A stretch of 64,000 nucleotides of DNA from contig OZ223267.1 of the NCBI GenBank assembly GCA_965140585.1, positions 448,001 through 512,000 of the forward strand, given 5' to 3'. The DNA comes from Spirochaetia bacterium (lineage in GTDB: Bacteria > Spirochaetota > Spirochaetia > UBA9216). The notes beneath the pieces were generated by a model that saw only the letters and a list, made by a program, of their open reading frames with translations, did no database searches and was not told the origin of the DNA. Position numbers and translations under genes: made by a program. Below, piece after piece: positions 42,712 to 52,434 of the stretch. Position 1 is the first letter of the stretch. The number at the start of each line of letters is the position of its first letter.

Positions 42712-45700
42712 ATGAATGTTACTGATTTATCGGTAAAACGGCCTGTTACTATCCTTGTTGTAACACTTTTACTTGTCGGGCTTGCTGTTTTTATGGTGCC
42801 AAGCCTTGCGGTTGAGATGTTTCCGGATACCGACATGCCTGTAATTATGATAAGAACCACTTATTCGGGAGCCAGCCCTGAGGAGGTCGAGGAAAGTGTG
42901 ACCTCACTCCTTGAGCAGCAGCTTTCAAATGTAAGCGGAATTGAAAATATAACTTCTACTTCCAGCGAGGGAAGCAGTACGATCCGTCTTGAGTTTGGTT
43001 ATGATATAGATCTTGATGATGCAACAAACGACATACGTGATTCACTCGAGCGTGTAAATTCAGCTCTTCCGGACGGGTCCGGATCTCCGCAGATTATGAA
43101 GTTCAGTGCATCCAGTATGCCTATACTCAGGTTGATTGTTACCGGAAATGAAACAGCCGACACTCTGACAGCCCTTGCAGAGGACACAATACAGCCACGG
43201 CTTGAACGAATAGTCGGAGTTGCCTCTGCAGAGGTGAGTGGTGGTGAAACAAAGGAAGTAAAGGTTGATGTCTCACTGAACAGGCTTCAGGCCTACGGAA
43301 TATCGCTTTCATCAGTAAGAACCGCTTTGGCGAACCAGGATGTACTGTTAAGTGCTGGCGATCTTACTAAGGACGGTATGGAATATACCCTGAGGTTTAA
43401 TGAAACCTTTGAAACCCTTGATGATATGAGACGTACCGTCATTACAAATATTTCAACCCAGGATTCAACAGGGTCTGTCAACAGATCGAATGTCGTCCGT
43501 CTTGAAGACATTGCTGATGTCTACATGGGTACGGAAGATTCAAGCAGAAGGGTATACATAAACGGTACTTCATCTGTTTCAATCCGTGTAATGAACGAGA
43601 CTGATACAAATACTGTTCAGATAGCTGAGGCCGTACGTGCCGAGCTGCCTTCAATAAATGCTGATCTGCCGACCGGTGTTAAACTGCAGATTCTGTATGA
43701 CCAGACCACAATGATTTCAAGTCTGCTCAACCAGGTATACCAGAATGCTATTCAGGGCGGTATTCTGGCCATGATTATTTTGCTGCTGTTTTTAAGAAAT
43801 ATAAAAACTACCCTGGTAATAGGTGTTTCGATCCCTGTGTCACTGTTCATTACCCTGGGTGCAATGTATTTCTTTGATCTTACCCTGAACATGATTTCAC
43901 TTACCGGACTTATAATGGGCCTCGGAATGATAGTCGATAACTCGATTGTTATTCTGGAAAATATTTACAAGTACCGGGAAAGGGGTGCAAAGCTGAAGCC
44001 CTCGGCCATCCTCGGTTCAAGAGAGATGGTTACTGCCATCACTGCATCAACGCTCACAACTATATGTGTATTTATCCCGATGATAATATGGAAAGATGAT
44101 CTTGAAATGCTTGGTCAGATGTTCCAGGATATGATTTTTACCATAGTAATATCACTTATATCCTCACTGCTTGTAGCGCTTATGCTTGTTCCGGCTTTGA
44201 GCAGTCATTACATAAAGATATATTCCAAGAAGCAGAAGCCGCTTAAGAATAAGCTTATAATTGCTTTTGACAACACATTCGAGAAGGGATTTCTTGCTGT
44301 TGAAAATGCATATACAAAGGCGCTTGATTTTACACTTAGAAACAGAGCTCTTGTTCTGACCTTTGTATCTGTTCTGCTGATTATCTCGGTGGCAAAATTT
44401 ACAACAATGGGAATAGCCTTTCAGCCTTCATCAAATACTGATGACTCTGTTACTGTATCTCTTACAATGCCTATAGGTACTTCAATTGACAGAACAGAGA
44501 CTGTTCTTATGGATATGAAAGATATCATTGAAGAAGAGATTGAAGGCTACGAAAATATTATAGTCACAGCCGGATCAGGCGGCGGTTTCGGATCATCAAG
44601 TTCATATAAGGGTAATATTGAAATTACTCTGCCTGATGTCGATGAGCAGATTGATAATCCAACATCGATAAAACAGAAGTTGAGACCATATCTCAATGAA
44701 GTTCCCGACGCGACATTCGAATTTTCTTCAGGCAGACGCTTTGGTGGTTCAAGCGATCCTATTGATATTGAAATAATATCAAGTGACCTGACTCTTGCCG
44801 GAAACACAGCTTCTGAAATAAGAGATCTGATACGTGAACTTCCGCAGATTGTAGACCCGGTGTCTTCTCTTGAAAACGGAGCTCCTGAATACCGGATTGT
44901 AGTCGATAAAGACAGAGCCGCAGCAATGGGGCTTACTGTAACATCAGTTGCTTCAGCGGTTAATTACATGGTTGACGGTTCATCTCCTGTCACTTTCTGG
45001 GAGGACGGTGAGGAACTTGATGTAATGGTTCAGCTGCAGGATTCAGATCGCGACAGCATGTCCGACCTGGAGTCGCTTACTATAGTGACATCAAGCGGTA
45101 AAGAAATACCGCTGTCAAATATTGCCTCTTTTATACTTACTGTCGGACCAGAGGATATCGATCGTGAAAATGAAAAGAGGGTTGTTCATGTTACATCGGA
45201 TATCGCCAGCGGCTTAACCGCTACTGAGGTGCTTGCACAGGTAGAAGACTACATTGATTCATCATATGTTGTTCCTGACGGAGTATCAATTTCTTTCGGT
45301 GGAGAATCTGAAGATATATCAAGAATGGGCGGCCCGCTTATAATTGTGCTAATAGTTGCCATTATCCTCGTATTCGGTGTTATGGCAAGTTTATTTGAAT
45401 CATTTGTCGACCCCTTTATAATATTCTTCTCGATTCCGCTGATGGTTATTGGTGTAGTAGGTATCTATACACTAATGGGTGAGACATTCAGCATGTTTTC
45501 GGCAGTCGGAATGGTTGCCCTGGTCGGAATTGTAGTAAACAACGGTATTGTTCTTGTAGACTATATGAATCTTCTGCGAAACAAGGGCATTCCTTTGATG
45601 GAAGCCTGTCACGAAGCCGCAAGAAGCAGATTGAGGCCTGTTCTAATGACCACACTCACTACTGTCCTTGGAATGGTTCCCCTGGCGTTCTTTGGAGGTG

Positions 45701-45888
45701 AGGGTACCGAATCTATTCAGGCTATTGCCCAGACCATTGTTGGCGGATTGTCCGGCAGCATGATTTTTACTCTTTTTGTTATTCCTGCTCTGTACTCTAT
45801 CTTTAATAAAAAGAGATCATTTTTTAAAAAGAAAAAGAAAGAGCAGGATTCCATGGACAGGCTTGCATCTGAAGGAGGTGCATTATGA
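42712..45888 (+). CDS. RND efflux permease (AcrB/SwrC-like)
   Basis: SVKRPV, GASPEEVE, GMIVDNSIVILEN, GIVVNNGIVLVD, RLRPVLMT. Confidence 0.93.
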   Translation: MNVTDLSVKRPVTILVVTLLLVGLAVFMVPSLAVEMFPDTDMPVIMIRTTYSGASPEEVEESVTSLLEQQLSNVSGIENITSTSSEGSSTIRLEFGYDIDLDDATNDIRDSLERVNSALPDGSGSPQIMKFSASSMPILRLIVTGNETADTLTALAEDTIQPRLERIVGVASAEVSGGETKEVKVDVSLNRLQAYGISLSSVRTALANQDVLLSAGDLTKDGMEYTLRFNETFETLDDMRRTVITNISTQDSTGSVNRSNVVRLEDIADVYMGTEDSSRRVYINGTSSVSIRVMNETDTNTVQIAEAVRAELPSINADLPTGVKLQILYDQTTMISSLLNQVYQNAIQGGILAMIILLLFLRNIKTTLVIGVSIPVSLFITLGAMYFFDLTLNMISLTGLIMGLGMIVDNSIVILENIYKYRERGAKLKPSAILGSREMVTAITASTLTTICVFIPMIIWKDDLEMLGQMFQDMIFTIVISLISSLLVALMLVPALSSHYIKIYSKKQKPLKNKLIIAFDNTFEKGFLAVENAYTKALDFTLRNRALVLTFVSVLLIISVAKFTTMGIAFQPSSNTDDSVTVSLTMPIGTSIDRTETVLMDMKDIIEEEIEGYENIIVTAGSGGGFGSSSSYKGNIEITLPDVDEQIDNPTSIKQKLRPYLNEVPDATFEFSSGRRFGGSSDPIDIEIISSDLTLAGNTASEIRDLIRELPQIVDPVSSLENGAPEYRIVVDKDRAAAMGLTVTSVASAVNYMVDGSSPVTFWEDGEELDVMVQLQDSDRDSMSDLESLTIVTSSGKEIPLSNIASFILTVGPEDIDRENEKRVVHVTSDIASGLTATEVLAQVEDYIDSSYVVPDGVSISFGGESEDISRMGGPLIIVLIVAIILVFGVMASLFESFVDPFIIFFSIPLMVIGVVGIYTLMGETFSMFSAVGMVALVGIVVNNGIVLVDYMNLLRNKGIPLMEACHEAARSRLRPVLMTTLTTVLGMVPLAFFGGEGTESIQAIAQTIVGGLSGSMIFTLFVIPALYSIFNKKRSFFKKKKKEQDSMDRLASEGGAL

Positions 45889-46178
45889 TTAGAATTGAAG
45901 TTATTGCAAATCAGGCAATTGAAGAGGATGTTATTGCTGCACTTACCGCAAGTAAAATTGGTGACTGCTTTACATACATAGCTCCTGTCTACGGCAGAGG
46001 ACGTAATGGCCGCCGTGAAGGCTCTGCCGTATGGCCCGAGGAGAATGTAATTTTTATAGTTTATACAGATGAAGAAAAAAAGGATGATTTTCTGATTTGC
46101 CTGAAAAAAATAAAGACTGATTTTCCTGATGAGGGTCTGCAGTGTTTTATAACAGATAATGCTCAGAGGGTTGTTTAG
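45885..46178 (+). CDS. PII-like transporter-associated protein (PG0541 family)
   Basis: VYGRGRNGRREGSAVWPEEN; ATGA overlap with RND gene. Confidence 0.75.
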   Translation: MIRIEVIANQAIEEDVIAALTASKIGDCFTYIAPVYGRGRNGRREGSAVWPEENVIFIVYTDEEKKDDFLICLKKIKTDFPDEGLQCFITDNAQRVV

Positions 46179-46207
46179 ACTTTTCTGACAAGTTTTCAAG
46201 TATACTG

Positions 46208-46240
46208 AACTGTCCGGAACATTCCGGGCAGTTTTTTTTT
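46208..46240 (+). terminator. Rho-independent terminator
   Basis: aactgtccgga/tccgggcagtt stem plus long T run. Confidence 0.75.
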
Positions 46241-46587
46241 TACGAATGTGTAGGATTGTTTGTATGGACATTCAAAATAAAACTGTTAAGACAGTCCGCG
46301 ATTCGATTGTTTTCCTGAACATTTTGATAGATGGATAAAGTAGATTGCAATTAGAAGCGTTTCATAGGTTTGTTATTAAAATATCATAATTATAACAGCG
46401 GGTACTATGCAATTCAGCACATTTATAATACAGTCATTCATCCTTGATCTATGAAAAACACCCATAAAACTACATTTAGGTAGCAAAGACAGGGTGAAAA
46501 TTACATTAATGTAGGCTTTTGCAGCGTTTTAACCCCTATAAACGGTGAATAAAGCAATTAACCCATGACTATTTTACCGATTATGAC

Positions 46588-46604
46588 TTGGCACGCATGT
46601 TGCT
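46588..46604 (+). promoter_or_regulatory. sigma54 (-24/-12) promoter of peptide ABC operon
   Basis: TTGGCACGCATGTTGCT, matches TGGCAC-N5-TTGC. Confidence 0.85.
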
Positions 46605-46767
46605 CATATTAAGCAAACAAATATGAGAGGGAATTAACATAATGAAAGTAAATCATTTCAGAGAACCGTGAGATTCGGCGTGTTTTTTCAGCTCATCCAG
46701 AAGGATGTGCAATGCCCGGGCGGAATGCATTTGCCGGGGTAATTCAACTTTAAAGAGGTAAAACGGT

Positions 46768-47754
46768 TTGAATATGAAGTTTATTCTCCGGAAACTGTTA
46801 GCATCTTTGTTAACGCTTCTGGTCATTACATTCGTAAATTTTGTAATTTTCCGAATGGCGCCCGGCGATCCTGTCAGGCTGATGTTTAAGGACCCCAGAG
46901 TTTCAATTGAAGATATCGAGGCTATGAAAGTAAAATTCGGACTCGATAAACCTATTCCCGGTCAGTATGTCGACTATATGAAAAACCTGCTTAAAGGAGA
47001 TATGGGAATCTCATTTTGGCAGAAGAAACCAGTATCAGAAGTTATTGCTGCACGAATACCGCAGACTCTTATGCTGATAGGGACAGCCTTGTTTCTTGCT
47101 GTTGTGATAGGAACACTTTTCGGTGCAATTGCCGGATGGAAAGGAGGTTCGAGGACAGACTCGACGATTGTCGGTGTCTCGATGACTCTGTATTCGGTTC
47201 CAAGTTTCGCATTCGGTATTCTTCTGATGCTGGGGCTTGCGTATCATCTTGCAATTTTCCCGCTGGGCGGAATCGAGACGCCTGCTTCCGGTTATTCCGG
47301 AATACGCCGTTGGCTTGATATTGCCTGGCATATGGTTCTTCCATCATTCTCGATTGTTCTATGGTATATCGGTCAGTATATAATCATCACAAGATCGTCC
47401 ATGAAGGATGTTTTAAGTCAGCCCTTTATTATGACGGCAAGGTCAAAGGGTGTTCGTGAAAAAGTTATCCTCAGCAAGCATGCCCTGAGAAATGCCTTCC
47501 TTCCGCTCATTACTATAACCGGTGTAAATATTGCCTTTATGACCGGCGGTATTATTGAGGCAGAAACTGTATTTTCATGGCCCGGCCTTGGACGACTGCT
47601 TTATGACGCAGTTATGAAGCGTGATTATCCGCTTCTGCAGGGATGTTTTATGGTTTTCGCAATCGCAGTCGTTGTACTGAACTTTGCAGTCGATTTGCTT
47701 TACAGCAGAGTTGATCCACGCGTTAGAATCGGAGGTATGAGCGATGAACATTAA
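46768..47754 (+). CDS. Peptide/nickel ABC permease (DppB/OppB-like)
   Basis: PGDP, FGLDKP, GDMGIS, TARSKG, HALRNA, ETVFSWPGLG, RDYP. Confidence 0.92.
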   Translation: MNMKFILRKLLASLLTLLVITFVNFVIFRMAPGDPVRLMFKDPRVSIEDIEAMKVKFGLDKPIPGQYVDYMKNLLKGDMGISFWQKKPVSEVIAARIPQTLMLIGTALFLAVVIGTLFGAIAGWKGGSRTDSTIVGVSMTLYSVPSFAFGILLMLGLAYHLAIFPLGGIETPASGYSGIRRWLDIAWHMVLPSFSIVLWYIGQYIIITRSSMKDVLSQPFIMTARSKGVREKVILSKHALRNAFLPLITITGVNIAFMTGGIIEAETVFSWPGLGRLLYDAVMKRDYPLLQGCFMVFAIAVVVLNFAVDLLYSRVDPRVRIGGMSDEH

Positions 47755-48625
47755 AAGTTATAAACTGGAGAAGGCAAGAAACTTTGCGCAGATGTTCTTT
47801 TCTCATCGAATGGGGCTCTGGGGATTTATAATTTTCAGTCTGTTTATTGTGATGGCTCTTTTTGCCCCTTTTCTTGGAACTGTCGATCCTCACCGGTCGG
47901 GAGATGTTGATAAAATCCTGATCAGTCCCAATGCGGGGGCATGGCTGGGAACAGATGACCTTGCACGCGATGTCTGGAGCCAGGTTATCTACGGCAGCCG
48001 CATATCGCTCACAATCGGTTTTATTACAGCAATTATTACTGTGATCACGGGGACTATAGTAGGTATGATTGCAGGCTTCAAAGGCGGAGTTGTAGATGAA
48101 ATACTTATGAGGGTTGTAGACTTCTTTATGATGCTTCCCCAGCTCCCGCTTATGATTGTGCTTGCCGCAGTTATGGGTGCAAGTATATGGAATATAGTCA
48201 TCGTAATCAGTATTGTCAGCTGGCCGTCAACAGCAAGACTTGTACGCTCTCAGGTTCTTTCTCTTAAGGAACGGCCCTTTGTTGAAGCGGCAAGATGTCT
48301 AGGCGCAGGTGATGCAACCATGATGCTGCGTGAGATTCTTCCTAATGTTATCCCGGTTATGTTCGCTCAGGCGGTTCTGATGGTTACAGAAACTATCTAT
48401 GCTGAAGCAGTTCTGAGCTTTCTCGGGCTTGGCGATCCAACCAAGATAAGCTGGGGAACAATGCTGCATTTCTGTTTTGAGTCAGGAGCCATGGCAAGAG
48501 CTGTATGGTGGGTACTTCCACCGATTGCATGTATTGTAGGCTTGATAATCAGTTTTTCTTTTCTGGGGACCTCGGTTACAGATATTCTGACACCCGGTTA
48601 TAAAGAGAAAATGGGATATTCGTGA
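47744..48625 (+). CDS. Peptide/nickel ABC permease (DppC/OppC-like)
   Basis: LGTDDLARD, YGSRISL, FVEAARCLGA, ILPN, LSFLGLG. Confidence 0.92.
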   Translation: MNIKSYKLEKARNFAQMFFSHRMGLWGFIIFSLFIVMALFAPFLGTVDPHRSGDVDKILISPNAGAWLGTDDLARDVWSQVIYGSRISLTIGFITAIITVITGTIVGMIAGFKGGVVDEILMRVVDFFMMLPQLPLMIVLAAVMGASIWNIVIVISIVSWPSTARLVRSQVLSLKERPFVEAARCLGAGDATMMLREILPNVIPVMFAQAVLMVTETIYAEAVLSFLGLGDPTKISWGTMLHFCFESGAMARAVWWVLPPIACIVGLIISFSFLGTSVTDILTPGYKEKMGYS

Positions 48626-48634
48626 GGTACCTGA

Positions 48635-49594
48635 ATGAACTTACTTGAAGTAAAAGACCTTTGTGTTGACTATGAAATGAAAAAAGGAACTGCAAGGGCT
48701 GTAAATAATGTTAATTTTGAATTGAAGAAGGGTGAAACCTTCGGACTGATTGGAGAATCCGGTTGTGGTAAGACAACAACCGCTATGGCTCTGATGGGCT
48801 TTGTTTCTCCTCCCGGAAGAATAAGCCAGGGGTCGGTCGAGTTTAAAGGCGAAGATATTAGAACTTATTCAAAGGAAAAGATGCGTCAGCTGCGAGGTAA
48901 TTCTATCTCCATAGTCAGGCAGGAAGCTCAGAACGCTCTGAATCCAGTATTAACTATCGGTGATCAGATTGCAGAGGTTTTGAAGGAACATGGTATTACC
49001 AAACAGTCTGAAGTCGACGCAAGGGTGAAAAAGCAGCTTGAGATGGTCGGTATTACACCTGATCGAAAAAACAGTTATCCCTTTGAGTTCAGCGGCGGAA
49101 TGAGACAGAGGGTAATGATTGCTCTTGCAGCTATATGTGAGCCTGATCTGATGATACTTGACGAGCCTATAACCGGTCTGGATGTAATTGTTCAGCGACA
49201 GCTTCTGACTCTGCTTACAGACCTTAGAAAGAAGATGAATCTTACAGCACTGCTGATTGCCCATGACCTTGCAGTTATTGCTGAGATGTGTGACAGGGTT
49301 GCTGTTATGTACGGCGGTTATATTGTAGAAAATTCTGAAGTGGCAAAACTCTATGAAGATCCCCAGCATCCGTACAGTAAGGCTCTTATTGAGTCATATC
49401 CGAAGATAACCGGAGAGAAGAAGGAACTTAAGAGTATTCCTGGCGCACCTCCAAAGCTGCTTGAGAAGCCGGACGGATGTCTTTTTGCGGACAGATGTCC
49501 TCAGGCCATGCCTGTCTGCCGGAAAACTGTACCTGAGCTTATTGATGTAGACGGCAGCCAAGTTAGATGCCATCTGTATGGAGGAGAGAAATGA
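48635..49594 (+). CDS. Peptide ABC ATPase (DppD-like)
   Basis: GESGCGKT, FSGGMRQR, HPY, C-terminal Cys motif. Confidence 0.92.
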   Translation: MNLLEVKDLCVDYEMKKGTARAVNNVNFELKKGETFGLIGESGCGKTTTAMALMGFVSPPGRISQGSVEFKGEDIRTYSKEKMRQLRGNSISIVRQEAQNALNPVLTIGDQIAEVLKEHGITKQSEVDARVKKQLEMVGITPDRKNSYPFEFSGGMRQRVMIALAAICEPDLMILDEPITGLDVIVQRQLLTLLTDLRKKMNLTALLIAHDLAVIAEMCDRVAVMYGGYIVENSEVAKLYEDPQHPYSKALIESYPKITGEKKELKSIPGAPPKLLEKPDGCLFADRCPQAMPVCRKTVPELIDVDGSQVRCHLYGGEK

Positions 49595-50598
49595 GCGACG
49601 CAGTGAATATACTTGAGGTCCGAGACCTGAAAAAATATTTCCCGCTGAAAAAAGATAATATTTTTTCGAAAAAGCCGCGAAAGATACTCAAGGCTGTAGA
49701 CGGGCTTAACTTTTCCGTAGGAAAGGGTGAAATCCTTGGGTTCGTCGGAGAGTCAGGCTGCGGTAAATCAACAATGAGCCGTTCGATAATACAGCTTATA
49801 CAGCCGACATCCGGTAATGTGATACATGACGGAGTTGATCTAACAACACTGTCAAAGCCGGAAATGAGAGCTCGGAGAAAATGTATACAGATGATCTTTC
49901 AGGATCCTTTCGGCTCTCTTAATCCAAGGAGATCTGTATCAGAAACGCTCCGGATGGTTTTGAAAATTCATGATGTATGCAAGACTCTTGAAGAAGAGGA
50001 TCAGCTGATACATAATGTTCTTGAAGAAGTAGGGCTTACCCCGGTTGAATCCTTCTGGGACAAATTTCCGGCCATGATGAGCGGAGGTCAGCTTCAGCGT
50101 GTGAGTATGGCGAGGGTTCTGATGCTCAGACCTGATTTTATAATAGCAGATGAACCGGTATCTATGCTTGATGTTTCAGTACGTATCGGCGTTCTGGATC
50201 TGCTTCTCAGAATGAGGAAGAAGTACGATATATCATTCATCTATATTACTCATGACCTTGCCACAGCCAGGTACGTTTGTGACAGAATTGCGATTATGTA
50301 TCTCGGGAGGATTGTTGAGATGGGTCCGACAGAAGAGATTCTGCATAACCCGCAGCATCCATATACTAAGGCACTCATAGCCGCGGTTCCCGAACCGGAT
50401 CCAAGACGTGAAAAGCTGGAACTTCCGATCAAGGAATGGACCAAGGATTCTTATATAGAGAATGATAATGCCTGTCTGTTCTTTCCAAGGTGTCCTGAAG
50501 GCCGTGAAGTCTGCCGTCATAAAAAGCCTGTGATGATTGATATTGTAAAAGGGCATACTGCTGCCTGTCATGCCGTGCATAAAGACAGTGAGTATTGA
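49591..50598 (+). CDS. Peptide ABC ATPase (DppF-like)
   Basis: KAVDG, GESGCGKS, SGGQLQR, DEPVSMLDVS, HPYT. Confidence 0.92.
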   Translation: MSDAVNILEVRDLKKYFPLKKDNIFSKKPRKILKAVDGLNFSVGKGEILGFVGESGCGKSTMSRSIIQLIQPTSGNVIHDGVDLTTLSKPEMRARRKCIQMIFQDPFGSLNPRRSVSETLRMVLKIHDVCKTLEEEDQLIHNVLEEVGLTPVESFWDKFPAMMSGGQLQRVSMARVLMLRPDFIIADEPVSMLDVSVRIGVLDLLLRMRKKYDISFIYITHDLATARYVCDRIAIMYLGRIVEMGPTEEILHNPQHPYTKALIAAVPEPDPRREKLELPIKEWTKDSYIENDNACLFFPRCPEGREVCRHKKPVMIDIVKGHTAACHAVHKDSEY

Positions 50599-50618
50599 TT
50601 CTGATATAATAAACTAAT

Positions 50619-50646
50619 GGCCGGGATTGCCCGGCTTTTTTATTTT
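50619..50646 (+). terminator. Rho-independent terminator
   Basis: gccggg-attg-cccggc plus T run. Confidence 0.75.
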
Positions 50647-50675
50647 AAGATAAATATCAGGGATGCGATTTTGAT

Positions 50676-51890
50676 ATGAAGAAGCGGTCTGCCTTGTTTG
50701 AGCGGAACAAGATAGAAGAACTAAATATAATCACTAATTTTCAACCTCTTTACTCAGTAACTGAAAAGAAGTACATAGGTGTCGAAGCTCTTTCCCGTGC
50801 AGATTACAAGGGTGATTTTCTGTCTGCAGGCCAGCTGTTCTCAATTCCGTCAAATGATAATGAAAAACTTTCCCTGAATATGAAGTGTATTTATTCTGCT
50901 ATATACACTTTTAAAAAGCAGAACTACTCCGATGAGTATACAATGTTTCTTAACTTCGATTCATCCATTCTCGACAGCGGACTGATCGAAGAAGAGCATT
51001 TTCTGAGTGTCGACCAGATTGATGTTAATCCGAACCAGATAGTCATAGAACTCATTGAATCGAATGTTGGTGATTTCGATCTTCTTATTAATTTTGTTAA
51101 ATTCTATCGAAATTTAGGTTTTCTGATAGCGCTTGACGATGTCGGTGCAGGGTATTCAGGTCTGGACAGACTTGTGAAGATTAAACCGGATATTATTAAA
51201 ATTGACCGCTCTCTGGTCAACGGTGTTTCAAAGGAATACCATAAAAGGGAAGTCTGCAGGTCTCTGATTGAACTTACTCATAATATCGGAGCGCTATCTC
51301 TTTCAGAGGGAGTTGAAACCCTTGATGACGCAATAGAATGTCAGCAGCTGGGAACAGATTTAATTCAGGGATATTTCTTTTCAAAGCCGCTTTCCCGGCT
51401 TCCTTCTCCTTATGACAGTAGTGATCAGGGAAATCAGCTGGTTTCAGCCTGGAAGACAAAGGTTGAGTTCAAGCAGAAAATACTCACGCATAATATTCAG
51501 AGTATCAAATCCAGAGCTTCTGAAATTGCAGCAAGCCTTGAGAAGAAGGATTCTTCAGAAGTTGATCGTATTTTACTGGCGTATCTTGATTGCTCATCGG
51601 ATATTGAATGCATGTATATACTTAATGAATGGGGAATTCAGGTATCAGAAACTTATCTAAACTCTGAAGTCAGCCGTAAAACACATTCCCTGTTTCAGCC
51701 GGCAAGAATGGGGACGGATCATTCATTGAAGCACTATTTTCAGAAGAGGCTCAAGAATCAGAAATACTATATCTCCGACCCTTACATATCCAGAGCAACC
51801 GGGAATTTCTGCAGGACTATATCCTGCAGCTGGCATGATGGTGCAGCTTCAGAATATTACCTATGCCTCGATATTTCGCATTCCTATTGA
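50676..51890 (+). CDS. EAL c-di-GMP phosphodiesterase with C-terminal YkuI-like PAS/Cache domain
   Basis: FQP, EALSR, IEL.E, DDVGAG, KIDRS, EGVE, QGYFF; C-terminal SDPYISRATG. Confidence 0.88.
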   Translation: MKKRSALFERNKIEELNIITNFQPLYSVTEKKYIGVEALSRADYKGDFLSAGQLFSIPSNDNEKLSLNMKCIYSAIYTFKKQNYSDEYTMFLNFDSSILDSGLIEEEHFLSVDQIDVNPNQIVIELIESNVGDFDLLINFVKFYRNLGFLIALDDVGAGYSGLDRLVKIKPDIIKIDRSLVNGVSKEYHKREVCRSLIELTHNIGALSLSEGVETLDDAIECQQLGTDLIQGYFFSKPLSRLPSPYDSSDQGNQLVSAWKTKVEFKQKILTHNIQSIKSRASEIAASLEKKDSSEVDRILLAYLDCSSDIECMYILNEWGIQVSETYLNSEVSRKTHSLFQPARMGTDHSLKHYFQKRLKNQKYYISDPYISRATGNFCRTISCSWHDGAASEYYLCLDISHSY

Positions 51891-51899
51891 TAGCTCTGT

Positions 51900-52070
51900 T
51901 TATTTTCTCAGCACAGTGGTGGTGCATGAGCTCTGAATTAGAAACAGCAGATCGTGATATTGTTTTTCAAGCATTAATAGGCGTATGCAGTCAGGGTTTT
52001 CTGAGAAGAAGATCTTCAGTCTTAAGTTGATTATGGCTTTTTTCAAGCAGGTTCTCTGTTCTATAGTCAT
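51900..52070 (-). CDS. Putative 56-aa small protein (below ORF-track cutoff)
   Basis: AGGA RBS then ATG; MTIEQRTCLKKAIINLRLKIFFSENPDCIRLLMLEKQYHDLLFLIQSSCTTTVLRK; fills an otherwise empty gap. Confidence 0.4.
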   Translation of the reverse strand: MTIEQRTCLKKAIINLRLKIFFSENPDCIRLLMLEKQYHDLLFLIQSSCTTTVLRK

Positions 52071-52262
52071 ATCTTTTCCTGATGACTAATCAAGCCATCC
52101 TAAGAATATACATTCTTTTTATAAAAAATCTATAAAACCAGTGTAAATTAGATATAAATTCTATAAAACCAGCTTATAAACCTCCCAAAGGCTCCATTCT
52201 TAGCAGAATTTATCCGGGACAATCAGAATTGGATTATGGAATATCATTTATTGACATCAGGA

Positions 52263-52291
52263 TTGACAGTAGAAAAAATGACACTTAACAT
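52263..52291 (+). promoter_or_regulatory. sigma70 promoter of abfD-like gene
   Basis: TTGACA-17 bp-TAACAT. Confidence 0.6.
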
Positions 52292-52434
52292 CTGTCTATA
52301 ACAGCACGACCCTTCCGTTTCTATTGAAACAATGCTGTTGCCATGGATGAATAAGAGCAATTGGGAGATATGCAGCTGTATATCTCCCATACCTTTCAAC
52401 CAGAAAAAATTACCTTAACTATGGAGGAAATTAG

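Noticed and set aside
45717-46271. 184-aa minus-strand ORF
   Set aside because: Antisense to the RND end and PII-like gene and crosses a terminator; the many other short antisense ORFs in the track are rejected for the same reason
46680-46745. SAM-I or c-di-GMP riboswitch in the ABC leader
   Set aside because: Only a superficial ATCCAGA match; the conserved cores are not present
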